This document shows positions 18,998 to 28,732 of a DNA stretch of 51,390 bases, piece after piece (the first letter of the stretch is position 1; every line of letters starts with the position of its first letter). This stretch comes from Parachlamydiales bacterium (lineage in GTDB: Bacteria; Chlamydiota; Chlamydiia; Chlamydiales; Parachlamydiaceae), in contig JAGVJP010000019.1 in assembly GCA_020051075.1 (NCBI GenBank), forward strand, positions 1-51,390, in the 5' to 3' direction. A program made the position numbers and the translations under genes. The notes below the pieces were generated by a model that was not told where the DNA came from, ran no database searches, and worked only from the letters and a program-made list of their open reading frames with translations.

Positions 18998-19975
18998 ATG
19001 AACATTCTGAGTAAACCTAAATTAAAAATATTCGTTGAACAAGCCACTCATTTTCTACGCTGGGAACTGCCTCATTTAGAGAAACATTTTACCCTCGTAG
19101 ATGAAGCTGGAGAGGATACAATTTTATATGCTTTTGGACCAGATGTCCTTTCCAAGGCTGCTTCAATCCCTGCTCTACGCCGCGTCATTATGCTATTTCC
19201 TGGATTTGGACTTAATCCCTACCATAACTTGGAATATCGTCAAACAGCCCTGAAAGTGATCAATGAATCTTATGATCTTGCGTTTGTGAATCCAGGACCA
19301 TTGGCAGTTGCTTATCAATCCTCTGATAAAATGTCCATTTGTCCTTTTACCATAGACGCCCATCTCATTCACTGTCTAAAATACCGTAAGAAAATTAATT
19401 CTCTGTTGCATGTTTCTGCACCAACTCCACAAAAAGATTGGGAGAGAAGCCAAGAAATCATGCAGCGCACAGGTTTGTGTTATGAAGTTTATCCTCCCAG
19501 GAAGGAAAAAGAACATACAATCGATTTCAACACTCGGTTAAAATCAAAAATTAATCGGGTATTGAATAAATTGAATATTCCATTTCAATTGAAAATATCT
19601 ACACTCGCGAATATGGGGTATAGAAATCACCAAAAAGTGATTCAGAAATATCATGCCTATGATGCGTTTGTTCATGTGGCGGCTGAAGTTGTTCATGACC
19701 TCTACATTGATGGAAAATATACAGCATGTACTCTTGAAGCTGGATTGACCGGAGCTATCGTCTTTTGGCATGATACCCTGCAGCTGGGAAATGATTTCGA
19801 AACTTTTTTTGACCTTCCTCTAGACCCTCAAGAAGCAGCTGCACAGATTTTATTAATTAAAAACAACCTTGATGTCGAAAAGCATAGTAAGAGAACCAGG
19901 GAAGAAATATTAGATAAAAATGATGCTTCAAAGTCCCTTGGCTATCGCGCACAGAAGATTAAAGAATTAATTTAA
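18998..19975 (+). CDS. Hypothetical protein, possibly a divergent GT-B glycosyltransferase
   Basis: First gene of the glycosylation cluster; YDAFVH...LEAGLTGAIV resembles a GT4 C-terminal motif. Confidence 0.5.
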   Translation: MNILSKPKLKIFVEQATHFLRWELPHLEKHFTLVDEAGEDTILYAFGPDVLSKAASIPALRRVIMLFPGFGLNPYHNLEYRQTALKVINESYDLAFVNPGPLAVAYQSSDKMSICPFTIDAHLIHCLKYRKKINSLLHVSAPTPQKDWERSQEIMQRTGLCYEVYPPRKEKEHTIDFNTRLKSKINRVLNKLNIPFQLKISTLANMGYRNHQKVIQKYHAYDAFVHVAAEVVHDLYIDGKYTACTLEAGLTGAIVFWHDTLQLGNDFETFFDLPLDPQEAAAQILLIKNNLDVEKHSKRTREEILDKNDASKSLGYRAQKIKELI

Positions 19976-20025
19976 CAATAAAGTAATTTTTTCGCAAAAA
20001 ATAACTAACTTAAGTTAGTTTTGAG

Positions 20026-21825
20026 ATGGATATTAATAACATTTTGGAGGAGAAGAGAATGTCCGATGTTTTACAGAAAAAAAATGGTTTTTTTAGAGAT
20101 ATTTTCAAGTCACTTCACTACACCAATCTATTGAGATTCTTAAAACAATCATTAATTAATTCCATCCGGACATTCATCCCTTCATTACAAGAGTTTGTGA
20201 AATTTATTAGAAAAAAATTAACGGAACAGTATTCGCATATTAACGACCCTTTACTCGCAAAGTTGAAGAGAACATCAGATGGACTCTACTCTCTCCTCCC
20301 TTCTAATCCACTATTGACCTATACTTTCATTCTTGTTCTTGATCAACCCAAACTCGCTTGTCTAAAACGATGTTTGGAATCGATAACGAATGAATCTTAT
20401 CCTCTCGAAATTGTTATCGGTTTCATGAATCCCCCTAAACGAGAAGAATTGGAGGTCATTGCATCGATTTTGCATGAGAAGAAGAAGGTGAAATTTGTTC
20501 AGGACGAAAATGATCAGAATGATCATCGGATCAATTTTATCAATCGTTTAGTCAAACAATCGACAGGCCATTTTCTTATTTTTATCGATGAAGAAGGGTG
20601 GGCCCGTCCAGATTTTTTATTTCGATACGATCAGACTCTGCGGATCGTTTCCCATCCCGAAAAAGCTGTATTCTATTGCGACGTGGTTGGAATAACCGAT
20701 AAAGATGCTTTAGCTCCTTTGGGCTGTTTTCGGCAACCTCATCAAATTAATTTTCCCTTCTTTTTTGATCAAATTAACGAATATGGGATGTTGATCTCAA
20801 AAGATCTATGGGAAAAAGTTGATGGCCTGAGAGCCAATACTCAAGGGGCTGAATGGGAAGATTTATTTTTACGCGCGAGCCGATCGGGTGCAGATATTCA
20901 ACATGTTCCCTTCCCTTTATGCGCATGTCGGAAAGGGAAACAAAATCATAAAACAATTTCTTCATTTATCAATGTATTGGAGGATTACTGTAGAGCTGAA
21001 CAGTTGGACTGGAAAATCAGTCCTGGTTACCTTCCGTCGACAATAAGAGGACAACCTGCTCTGCCACAAAATCAGCTCATCCAGGTCGTCATTCTCTATA
21101 AAGATCAAAAAGAACTGACGCTAAAATGTATTGATAGCCTCTTAAAACAATCCTTCAGCAGCTTTAAAATCACAGCAGTAGACAATCAAAGCGCTGATCA
21201 TTCTATTGCAGAAGCCATAAAATCCAAAGGCGGGGAGGTGATACGAATTGATGAACCATTTAATTATTCCAGGCTCAACAACTTAGCTGTTGCGATGAGT
21301 GAAACCGCAAAAGAAGCCGATCTCCTCCTGTTCTTAAATAATGATGTTGAATTGGATCCTGATGCCCTTGAAGAAATGGTGCGGTGGATTGACCAGCCTA
21401 ATATTGGTATGGTTGGATGTCGTCTTCATTATCCTAACAACCGTTTACAACATGGCGGGGTGGTCATGCATGGAATCCGAGACGGGAAGATGTGTTGGTC
21501 CCATATCGAAAAGTTCCGCACGTTTGAATCTATGGATGAGTCGAAGAGACTCACATTTGTTGATGCTGTGACGGCAGCTTGTGCAATGGTCAAGCGAAAA
21601 GATTTCATCGAAGTGGGTGGATTTGATGAGATCTGGTATCCGATTGCCTTTAGTGACACCAATTTAGCTTGTAAGCTAGCGTCTCGCGGGCTTAGATCTT
21701 TCTTTACGCCATATGCTGTTGGAGTTCATCATGAAAGTGTATCTCGTCAGGGTTCAATCGAAGATTATGAAAATTCATTATGGCTGCATAATACCCTACT
21801 AACATCTAAAGAAGTTTATAGATGA
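20026..21825 (+). CDS. Two-domain GT2 glycosyltransferase
   Basis: PFNYSRLNN, LLFLNNDVE, QHGGVV, AVTAACAMV, GGFDE, HHESVSR; alternative start ATG 20059. Confidence 0.9.
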   Translation: MDINNILEEKRMSDVLQKKNGFFRDIFKSLHYTNLLRFLKQSLINSIRTFIPSLQEFVKFIRKKLTEQYSHINDPLLAKLKRTSDGLYSLLPSNPLLTYTFILVLDQPKLACLKRCLESITNESYPLEIVIGFMNPPKREELEVIASILHEKKKVKFVQDENDQNDHRINFINRLVKQSTGHFLIFIDEEGWARPDFLFRYDQTLRIVSHPEKAVFYCDVVGITDKDALAPLGCFRQPHQINFPFFFDQINEYGMLISKDLWEKVDGLRANTQGAEWEDLFLRASRSGADIQHVPFPLCACRKGKQNHKTISSFINVLEDYCRAEQLDWKISPGYLPSTIRGQPALPQNQLIQVVILYKDQKELTLKCIDSLLKQSFSSFKITAVDNQSADHSIAEAIKSKGGEVIRIDEPFNYSRLNNLAVAMSETAKEADLLLFLNNDVELDPDALEEMVRWIDQPNIGMVGCRLHYPNNRLQHGGVVMHGIRDGKMCWSHIEKFRTFESMDESKRLTFVDAVTAACAMVKRKDFIEVGGFDEIWYPIAFSDTNLACKLASRGLRSFFTPYAVGVHHESVSRQGSIEDYENSLWLHNTLLTSKEVYR

Positions 21826-21894
21826 ATTATCCTTCTATTATTTTTCATTTCCTGATATCGTTTTTAACAAAAAAAGTTTGGGGGTTACCAATAA

Positions 21895-23052
21895 ATGTTC
21901 AATCCATTCCCTGAAAAAATTTATGTTACTCGTCCCATGCTTCCTGATTTGCAAGATGTTTCCAACTCATTAGAGGAAATATGGAAAGAACAGATTTTGA
22001 CAAATGGCGGCCCTCAGCACCAAGCATTAGAGAGGGCGTTATGCCAAACATTAAAAGTTCCTTCGCTATCTCTCTTCAATAATGGGACCATTGCTCTAAT
22101 TACAGCCTGTCAGGCCTTAGAGCTTAGCGGTGAAGTCATTACAACACCATTCACCTTTCCTGCCACTCCTCATATTCTTGCTTGGAATCAGATCACACCC
22201 GTATTCTGCGATATCGATCCTGTGACAATGAATATCGATGCTACAAAAATTGAGGCTCTTATCACAGAGAAGACATCGGCAATTTTGGGCGTTCACGTCT
22301 ATGGCACCCCTTGCGATGTCTTTGCTATTGAAGAAATTGCTCAACGCCATGGGTTAAAAGTCATCTATGATGCCGCACATGCATTCGGAGTCGAGATTGC
22401 CGGAAGAGGCATCGGCTCTTTTGGAGATGTCTCGATGTTTAGTTTCCATGCCACAAAGCTTTTCCATACCGCTGAAGGCGGTTGCATCACTTTCAACCCT
22501 GACATGAAGCAGCATGTTGACTTATTAAAAAATTTTGGGATCAAGAATGAAGACGAAGTCATTCTTCCGGGCATTAATGGGAAAATGAATGAGATCCAAG
22601 CCGCTCTTGGATTGATCAATCTCAAGTCCTTGGAAGAAGAACGACAGCGGCGAGCAGAAATCATTAAAGTGTATCGAGAAGAACTTTTGGACGTCGAGGG
22701 CATTACCCTTGTCAATCTTCCTGAGAACGTGCGCTCCAGTTTTCAGTACTTTGTCATAAGAATTCACCAAGATAAATTTGGCATCTCTCGCGATGAAGTG
22801 CATTGTCGACTTAAAGATTATAACGTGATCACCCGTAAGTACTTCAACCCTCTATGTAGCAACTACGAGTGTTATAGGCACTTGCCATCGGCGCAGCCGG
22901 AACTCCTTCCTGTTGCTCATGAAATCGTTCAGGAGGTTCTCGTCCTTCCTCTCTATGGACAATTGTCTATTGAAAGTGCTAAAACCATTTGTGCGATGTT
23001 GCGCTCTTTCAGTCCAGCTCAAACATGCTGCATGTCTCAAAGGGGGAACTGA
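21895..23052 (+). CDS. DegT/DnrJ/EryC1/StrS aminotransferase, VioA-like (dTDP-4-amino-4,6-dideoxyglucose)
   Basis: IYVTRPMLP, LTNGGP, YDAAHAFG, FSFHATKLF.T.EGG, GINGKMNE. Confidence 0.88.
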   Translation: MFNPFPEKIYVTRPMLPDLQDVSNSLEEIWKEQILTNGGPQHQALERALCQTLKVPSLSLFNNGTIALITACQALELSGEVITTPFTFPATPHILAWNQITPVFCDIDPVTMNIDATKIEALITEKTSAILGVHVYGTPCDVFAIEEIAQRHGLKVIYDAAHAFGVEIAGRGIGSFGDVSMFSFHATKLFHTAEGGCITFNPDMKQHVDLLKNFGIKNEDEVILPGINGKMNEIQAALGLINLKSLEEERQRRAEIIKVYREELLDVEGITLVNLPENVRSSFQYFVIRIHQDKFGISRDEVHCRLKDYNVITRKYFNPLCSNYECYRHLPSAQPELLPVAHEIVQEVLVLPLYGQLSIESAKTICAMLRSFSPAQTCCMSQRGN

Positions 23053-24152
23053 TGACCAAGGTGACTGTTTCAATGGCATCCTACAATCATGAGAAGTTTG
23101 TCGGATCTGCTATTGAAAGCGTGTTATCTCAGGCTGGATGCGATTTTGAATTCGTTATTGTCGATGATGGCTCTACAGACAATACTGTGCAGGAAATTCT
23201 CAAATTCAAAGATCCGCGTATCCATTTTATCCCTCTTAAGCAAAACCAGGGAGCCTGTGTAGCGCTGCGCAGAGCGATTGAAGAAGGGTCGGGTGACTAT
23301 GTCGCTATTCTCAATTCAGACGACGTTTTCCTTCCTGGTAAATTACAGAAGCAAGTCTCTTTTTTGAATGACAACCCTCACATTGCTGCGGTCTTTGCAT
23401 TTCCTATGCTTATCGATGAAAAAGGAAACCCTCTGAGTGATCAGTGTTTTTGCAGTGATGTTTTTAACCATCCGAATCGCTCTAGACAGGAATGGTTGAA
23501 TTATTTTTTCTATAAGCAAAATGCCCTATGCCATCCAACAGTGATGATTCGACGCTGTTGTTATGATGAATTTGGATATTATGACCCTCGATTTTCAAAA
23601 CTCCCTGACTTTGACTTTTGGATCCGTCTAGTCTTTAAGCATGAAATTCATATCCTCCAAGAAGAGCTCACACAATTTCGCATTCTTTCAAATGCAGGCA
23701 ACGCGAGTGCTCCCACGCTAGAAGCTTGTTATCGCAGTCAGTGGGAGACTTCTCATCTTTTGAAGCACTATCTTTCAATTTCTTCAATAGAAGAATACTT
23801 GGAAATTTTTCCAGAAGAAGCCTCATCCATTGTTAAAAGAAATCCAGAATTCATCCCCTTTTATTTAGCAAACCTAGCTTTGCGCGCCGAGGTTTCCACA
23901 AACAGTATCTATCGACTTTTTGGTGTAGAAACTCTTTTTTCTTTACTAGGAGATCCTGAAATCAGAGAAAAATTAGCATCTGATTTAAATTTTCATTATT
24001 CTGATTTTTTAAAGATTTCCCCTCCTATATTTTATTCTCCTCCCCCAGAACTTCGAACGTTCAAAGGAGTCTTGCTAAAATGTTTATCTCCTTCTTGGGT
24101 GATTTGGAAAATCCAAAAAACCTTTAAAAATTTTTGTGGAATGTTTAGATGA
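23052..24152 (+). CDS. GT2 glycosyltransferase
   Basis: SYNHEKF, VDDGSTD, LNSDD, DFDFWIR; TGATG overlap with the upstream gene. Confidence 0.9.
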   Translation: MTKVTVSMASYNHEKFVGSAIESVLSQAGCDFEFVIVDDGSTDNTVQEILKFKDPRIHFIPLKQNQGACVALRRAIEEGSGDYVAILNSDDVFLPGKLQKQVSFLNDNPHIAAVFAFPMLIDEKGNPLSDQCFCSDVFNHPNRSRQEWLNYFFYKQNALCHPTVMIRRCCYDEFGYYDPRFSKLPDFDFWIRLVFKHEIHILQEELTQFRILSNAGNASAPTLEACYRSQWETSHLLKHYLSISSIEEYLEIFPEEASSIVKRNPEFIPFYLANLALRAEVSTNSIYRLFGVETLFSLLGDPEIREKLASDLNFHYSDFLKISPPIFYSPPPELRTFKGVLLKCLSPSWVIWKIQKTFKNFCGMFR

Positions 24153-24721
24153 TGAACTACTCTCAAGAACAATTACAAAGTCTTCTTGGATCTGTCGGTG
24201 AAGATGTTCGGATTCATAGTTCTGTCGTTTTTTTTAACCCTAAGAAAATTTTTCTTGGTTCACACGTCCGTATCGACTGCTTTTCGTTGTTGAGTGCCGG
24301 TGAAGAGGGGATTCATTTCCACAACCACATCCATATTGGTGCAGGATCTTATTTATTTGGAGGTGGGGGGAAGATCGAGCTGGATTCCTTCGCTAACATT
24401 TCTTCGCGTGTCTCCTTATTTACCTCTAATGATGACTATGTTGACGGGTATATGACCAACCCGATGGTGCCGCACTGTTATAAGAAAGTAGAAAACGGCC
24501 CCATTGCGCTGAGAAAACATGCGATCATCGGATCCGGAGCAATCATTTTGCCGAATGTTGAAATAGGTTTAGGCGGTGTTGTAGGAGCGTTGAGTTTAGT
24601 AAAAAATACTGTAGAGCCATTTACAGTTGTGTGTGGAATACCGGCCAAGAAAAAAGAGAAAGAGCGTAATCGAAAATTTTTAGAATTGGAAATGGAATTT
24701 GAAAAGGAATTCCATTCCTGA
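24149..24721 (+). CDS. Hexapeptide-repeat sugar N/O-acetyltransferase, VioB-like
   Basis: Left-handed beta-helix repeats, VRIDCF, SNDDY...MTNPMVP, GIPAK. Confidence 0.82.
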   Translation: MMNYSQEQLQSLLGSVGEDVRIHSSVVFFNPKKIFLGSHVRIDCFSLLSAGEEGIHFHNHIHIGAGSYLFGGGGKIELDSFANISSRVSLFTSNDDYVDGYMTNPMVPHCYKKVENGPIALRKHAIIGSGAIILPNVEIGLGGVVGALSLVKNTVEPFTVVCGIPAKKKEKERNRKFLELEMEFEKEFHS

Positions 24722-24730
24722 ATAACCCTT

Positions 24731-24836
24731 TTTTAAACGCAAAGAAGATGCAAAGGCGCAAAGAAGAGAATTAATAGCTTTGGAGTCGGGTGAGAAGTTA
24801 TTCTTCTTTGCTCCTTTGGGTCTTCTTTGCGTCTTT
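24731..24836. repeat. Family D inverted repeat
   Basis: AACGCAAAGAAGATGCAAAGGCGCAAAGAAGA / TCTTCTTTGCTCCTTTGGGTCTTCTTTGCGT. Confidence 0.75.
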
Positions 24837-24860
24837 ATAAAATACTCAAAAGAGGTTTTT

Positions 24861-25730
24861 ATGACTCAACATCCCAAGCTTTCCGTTCTGATTACCTCCT
24901 ATAATCATGAAAAATATATACAGGAAGCTCTTGACAGCGTTCTTGCACAGAAAACCCAGGTTCCCTTCGAAATTATTGTTAGCGATGATTGCTCTACAGA
25001 CCGTACACGTGAAATCTTGGAGGATTATCAACAGCGCTATCCGTCGATGATCCGGCTGCTTCCTGTTGAAAAGAATCTCGGGATTACTAAGAATTTACAA
25101 AGAGGACTTTCGGCATGCTCTGGAGAATATATCGCCATTTTAGAAGGAGATGATTATTGGATTTCTCCTCTCAAGTTGCAAAAGCAGGTTGAATTTTTAG
25201 ACCACCAACCGGAGTGCAGCTTTTGCTTCAATGGACTTCTTTTTTTGAATAATGATGGTGTCTACGTTGAGTTTCAGAATGGATTATCACCTCGGTCTCC
25301 TATTCTTTCTCTTATCGAATTAATAGAAAATAATTTTATCGGGAATTTCTCGACATGTATGTATCGAAATGAGGTTGTAAGAAAATTGCCTCCTAAAATC
25401 TATGAAGTATTTACTGTTGATTGGATGTTTAATATGGCCTGTGCAGAGATTGGTTCAATTGGCTATCTCCCTTTACAGATGACTGTCTATCGCAAGCAAG
25501 GGCAGGGAGCTTGGAGCTCTCTAGCAGATAGTCAGCAGATAAAAAAAATCATGGATTTGCTCCCTATCTATGACGAACTATTAGACTACCGGTATAGCCC
25601 TTATTTTACAAAAAGTGTGAATTTCCACCGCTCTCATTTAAAGCGTACTAGACGGAACGCCTTCTTAAAAAAGATTCTTCCTGCTTCTGTCATGACATTT
25701 CTTAAGAAGTTTAAATCATTACTTAAATAG
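24861..25730 (+). CDS. GT2 glycosyltransferase
   Basis: SYNHEKYI, SDDCSTD, LEGDDYW...KLQKQV; GAGG RBS before ATG 24861. Confidence 0.9.
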   Translation: MTQHPKLSVLITSYNHEKYIQEALDSVLAQKTQVPFEIIVSDDCSTDRTREILEDYQQRYPSMIRLLPVEKNLGITKNLQRGLSACSGEYIAILEGDDYWISPLKLQKQVEFLDHQPECSFCFNGLLFLNNDGVYVEFQNGLSPRSPILSLIELIENNFIGNFSTCMYRNEVVRKLPPKIYEVFTVDWMFNMACAEIGSIGYLPLQMTVYRKQGQGAWSSLADSQQIKKIMDLLPIYDELLDYRYSPYFTKSVNFHRSHLKRTRRNAFLKKILPASVMTFLKKFKSLLK

Positions 25731-25828
25731 GAAGAGGATGATTCGGATTGATCTGTGCTAAAAACTCATCAACGGGGCAGCAGAGAAAGGTTTTTTCTTT
25801 ATACCGATGCTTGCCACGACCTGAATTT

Positions 25829-25885
25829 TGCTATCTATCATGCAAAATATCAAGCAAAATTTGCATGATAGGTAGCATTTATTTC
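25829..25885 (+). terminator. Hairpin, candidate terminator between the GT operon and the DinG gene
   Basis: TGCTATCTATCATGCAAA / TTTGCATGATAGGTAGCA followed by TTTATTT. Confidence 0.55.
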
Positions 25886-25937
25886 TATTTTACTCAAAAG
25901 TGGTGATTCACTAATGATGAGTAAAAAATGATCGTCA

Positions 25938-26028
25938 TCATCTTGCTTATCCTGCCGCGAAGCGATCTTGCATATCCTGTTATTTTATTCTAGGAGTTGC
26001 GACTTTGCGTGCCTATCCTGTTCATCTT
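25938..26028. repeat. Family A repeat (reverse orientation)
   Basis: TCTTGCTTATCCTGCCGCGAAGCGATCTTGCATATCCTGT. Confidence 0.85.
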
Positions 26029-26052
26029 GACTAGATGCTGGTACAGTTAGTT

Positions 26053-28308
26053 TCATGAGAATGGGTTTTGTTTAACAAAATGGTAGGTTTTGCGATAGAA
26101 TTCGTCAATTTTAGGCCAGAGAAGGGTGCTGTTCATGAACAATTTTTCGCTTGCTGGCAAGCTATTTAGAAATTGCTGCCCATATCCCTTTAGGGCGAGG
26201 CGTGTGTCGAGACAGATCACGCAGCCTCGGTCATACTTGCTCCTGATCAGCCTTCCAAAGCCTTGTTTGAATTTTACAATTGCATGAGGAACCATGTAGT
26301 CATTGAAAGGGTTTCCTCCACTCTCTAAAATGGCTTCGGTATGTGCTTGAACCATCGGGTCATTAGGGACTTGGAATGGGAGTTTGACGATGATGACGCA
26401 ACGCAAGGCATCACCGACGACGTCAACACCCTCCCAGAATGTGTCTGTACCGAAGAGGACGGCGCGGTCAGTTTTCTTGAAGTTATTGAGAAGAGAGAGT
26501 CGATGATCATCTCCTTGACGGAATAGGGTATAGCGATTGTCTGACAATCGTTTTGCTAAAGTTGCATGGCAAGCTTGCATCATCGCATACGAAGTAAAGA
26601 GGACGAAGACGCCTCCTCTAGTGGTTTCAACAGCTTTCCAGACATTTTCAAACGCAACATCATTGAACGCAGGGTGGCTGGGAGGGGGCATGTCCGTCGG
26701 AATTGCTAGGAGAGTTTGCCTTTTATAGTCGAATGGGGATGTGTAGACATGTTCAGTGACGATGCGGTCTTCAAGAAGTTCGTTGGTCAGGCCGAGGCGC
26801 TGGCGGGCATAATCAAATTTCTGGTTTGTGGCTAAAGTGGCGCTGCACAGAATGATGGTGGCAAAGCGGTTAAATAGATAATCAGCCAGTAATTTAGAGG
26901 TGTTTAATTCAGCGTCAATGAGATGGACATTGACTAAGCTTTTGAGCTGCTGCAGCTCAATCCAGCGTACCTTTGAGGAGGTTTTAACCTCTTCTAAAAA
27001 TGCACGTAGAAAAGCGACGGCTTGCAGCAACTTTCCACTCAACGCCAGAATGTCGAAACGGATGCTTTTTGTTTGTTCCTGCATCTTTTCATCATCAATG
27101 AGCTTGAGGGATCCTTCAAGGCCGATGACGCTATCATGATAGCGCTTAAGCATCTCAATCAGTTTCATCGCCTGAGGCTCGAATTGCTCTTTCCAGTTGG
27201 GGTGGATTTGGTCTTCTTTCAAGATCCGCAGTTTATTTTCCCCTTTCATCGACGATTCTGCCTGGCTCGTTCGCTCCCATGGCTTCTTTTTGCTTTCGAT
27301 ATATTGGCAGAAAGCTTCGAACGATTCGTGAATCTGCTCATTTAGTGAATGGCGCAAGGCTGAAAGATCGATTGTAATTTGTTGAATCAATCGGCCGATA
27401 TCATGCGGGGGTGTTTTGCGGTATAGTGATTGAAGTTTCTCTCTTAAGAGAGGGAGCTTTCCTTCAGCTGAACCGCCTTTATCAGAGTTAAGCCTTCCCA
27501 GAATCCGAAGGAGTTCGAGCTTATGCAAGCGTGCGGAGAAGAATTCCGTCGCGATGCTCTCGATGTGATGAGCTTCGTCAATGATGATACGATTATAGGA
27601 GGGAAGGATGGAAGGTTCGCTATAGTTGTTTGTCTCTTTCCTTTTAGCAAGGTCGGCGAAGAGAAGATGATGGTTGACGATCAGGAGCTGAGCATCTTGT
27701 GCTTTGCGGCGCGCTTTGAAGAAAAAACACTTTTGAAAATGGGGACAGTCATTGTGCGAGCAGGCATCTGCTTCTGCTCCAACCCTCTCCCAAGTTGCTG
27801 GCGAAATGATAAAAGGAACCTCAGATCTTGAGCCTTCCTCAGCTCGAGGGAGCCATTGGCTGATGGAGTCGAGTTCCTTTTGTTCTATTCCAGGAAATAA
27901 CTGGAGCTCCATTTGAGTATCTTCAATTTTTCGAAAGCAGAGATAGTTGCTCATTCCTTTCACTAAAACTGTTTTTAGACTGAGATTTAAAGCTTTCAGG
28001 ATCGAGGGAATGTCTTTCTCGATAAGCTGTTCTTGCAAAGCAATGGTATGGGTCGAGATGACTGTTTTTTCATGCTGCTGAGAAGCCCAAAGGATGGCTG
28101 GAATTAAATAAGCTAAACTTTTCCCTGTTCCTGTTCCCGCTTCGATGAGGGCGATCGCCTCTTTGTTATAGGCTTCGATGATATTGGTCATCATTTGCTG
28201 TTGCGCTGGGCGAGGTTCAAATCCTTTCAGGGTGCGAGAGAGTTGGCCATTATTGCCGATGAGACTCACTAACTGGTTGGGGTCAAGTTTGATACTCGTG
28301 TCTGTCAT
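26053..28308 (-). CDS. dinG: DinG/YoaA-family ATP-dependent DNA helicase (Fe-S)
   Basis: EAGTGTGKS, KGMSNYLC, Cys cluster CSHNDCPHFQKC, DEAHH, FWEGVD, QGFGRLIR; ORF open to 28413. Confidence 0.88.
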   Translation of the reverse strand: MTDTSIKLDPNQLVSLIGNNGQLSRTLKGFEPRPAQQQMMTNIIEAYNKEAIALIEAGTGTGKSLAYLIPAILWASQQHEKTVISTHTIALQEQLIEKDIPSILKALNLSLKTVLVKGMSNYLCFRKIEDTQMELQLFPGIEQKELDSISQWLPRAEEGSRSEVPFIISPATWERVGAEADACSHNDCPHFQKCFFFKARRKAQDAQLLIVNHHLLFADLAKRKETNNYSEPSILPSYNRIIIDEAHHIESIATEFFSARLHKLELLRILGRLNSDKGGSAEGKLPLLREKLQSLYRKTPPHDIGRLIQQITIDLSALRHSLNEQIHESFEAFCQYIESKKKPWERTSQAESSMKGENKLRILKEDQIHPNWKEQFEPQAMKLIEMLKRYHDSVIGLEGSLKLIDDEKMQEQTKSIRFDILALSGKLLQAVAFLRAFLEEVKTSSKVRWIELQQLKSLVNVHLIDAELNTSKLLADYLFNRFATIILCSATLATNQKFDYARQRLGLTNELLEDRIVTEHVYTSPFDYKRQTLLAIPTDMPPPSHPAFNDVAFENVWKAVETTRGGVFVLFTSYAMMQACHATLAKRLSDNRYTLFRQGDDHRLSLLNNFKKTDRAVLFGTDTFWEGVDVVGDALRCVIIVKLPFQVPNDPMVQAHTEAILESGGNPFNDYMVPHAIVKFKQGFGRLIRSKYDRGCVICLDTRLALKGYGQQFLNSLPASEKLFMNSTLLWPKIDEFYRKTYHFVKQNPFS

Positions 28309-28466
28309 GATTTGGTTTGCAACATTAAGGTGGAGAGATCCGAAAAAATCATATAGAGGTTCAAGATAACTGCCAACAAGTTTCACAGAAAAAACAGAGG
28401 TAGACTTGAACATTTCTGACGAACAAGACTATGTTACTGTTACAAGAAATCTAGCAAAACATAAAC

Positions 28467-28631
28467 AAAAGGGCAAAACAGGATAAGCAGGATTACTTCG
28501 TAGCAGGATAGGCAAGATAGTGATGATAAGATGATAGGCTTTGTTGTTATTTTTCCAATGGTTGCCTGATTTTCCTATCATCTTGCTTATCCTGCCGCGA
28601 AGCGATCCTGCTTATCCTGTTTTGCCCTTTT
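28467..28631. repeat. Family A inverted pair (MITE/REPIN-like)
   Basis: AAAAGGGCAAAACAGGATAAGCAGGAT... inverted to ...ATCCTGCTTATCCTGTTTTGCCCTTTT. Confidence 0.9.
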
Positions 28632-28732
28632 TGATTGTTTTGATTAGACTGGAGTTGAAATATTTGATCAGATGACCTATGGTGCGGATTTAATGGAATC
28701 TTGCTTTTGTTGAACTTGCGGGGTGATGCACT

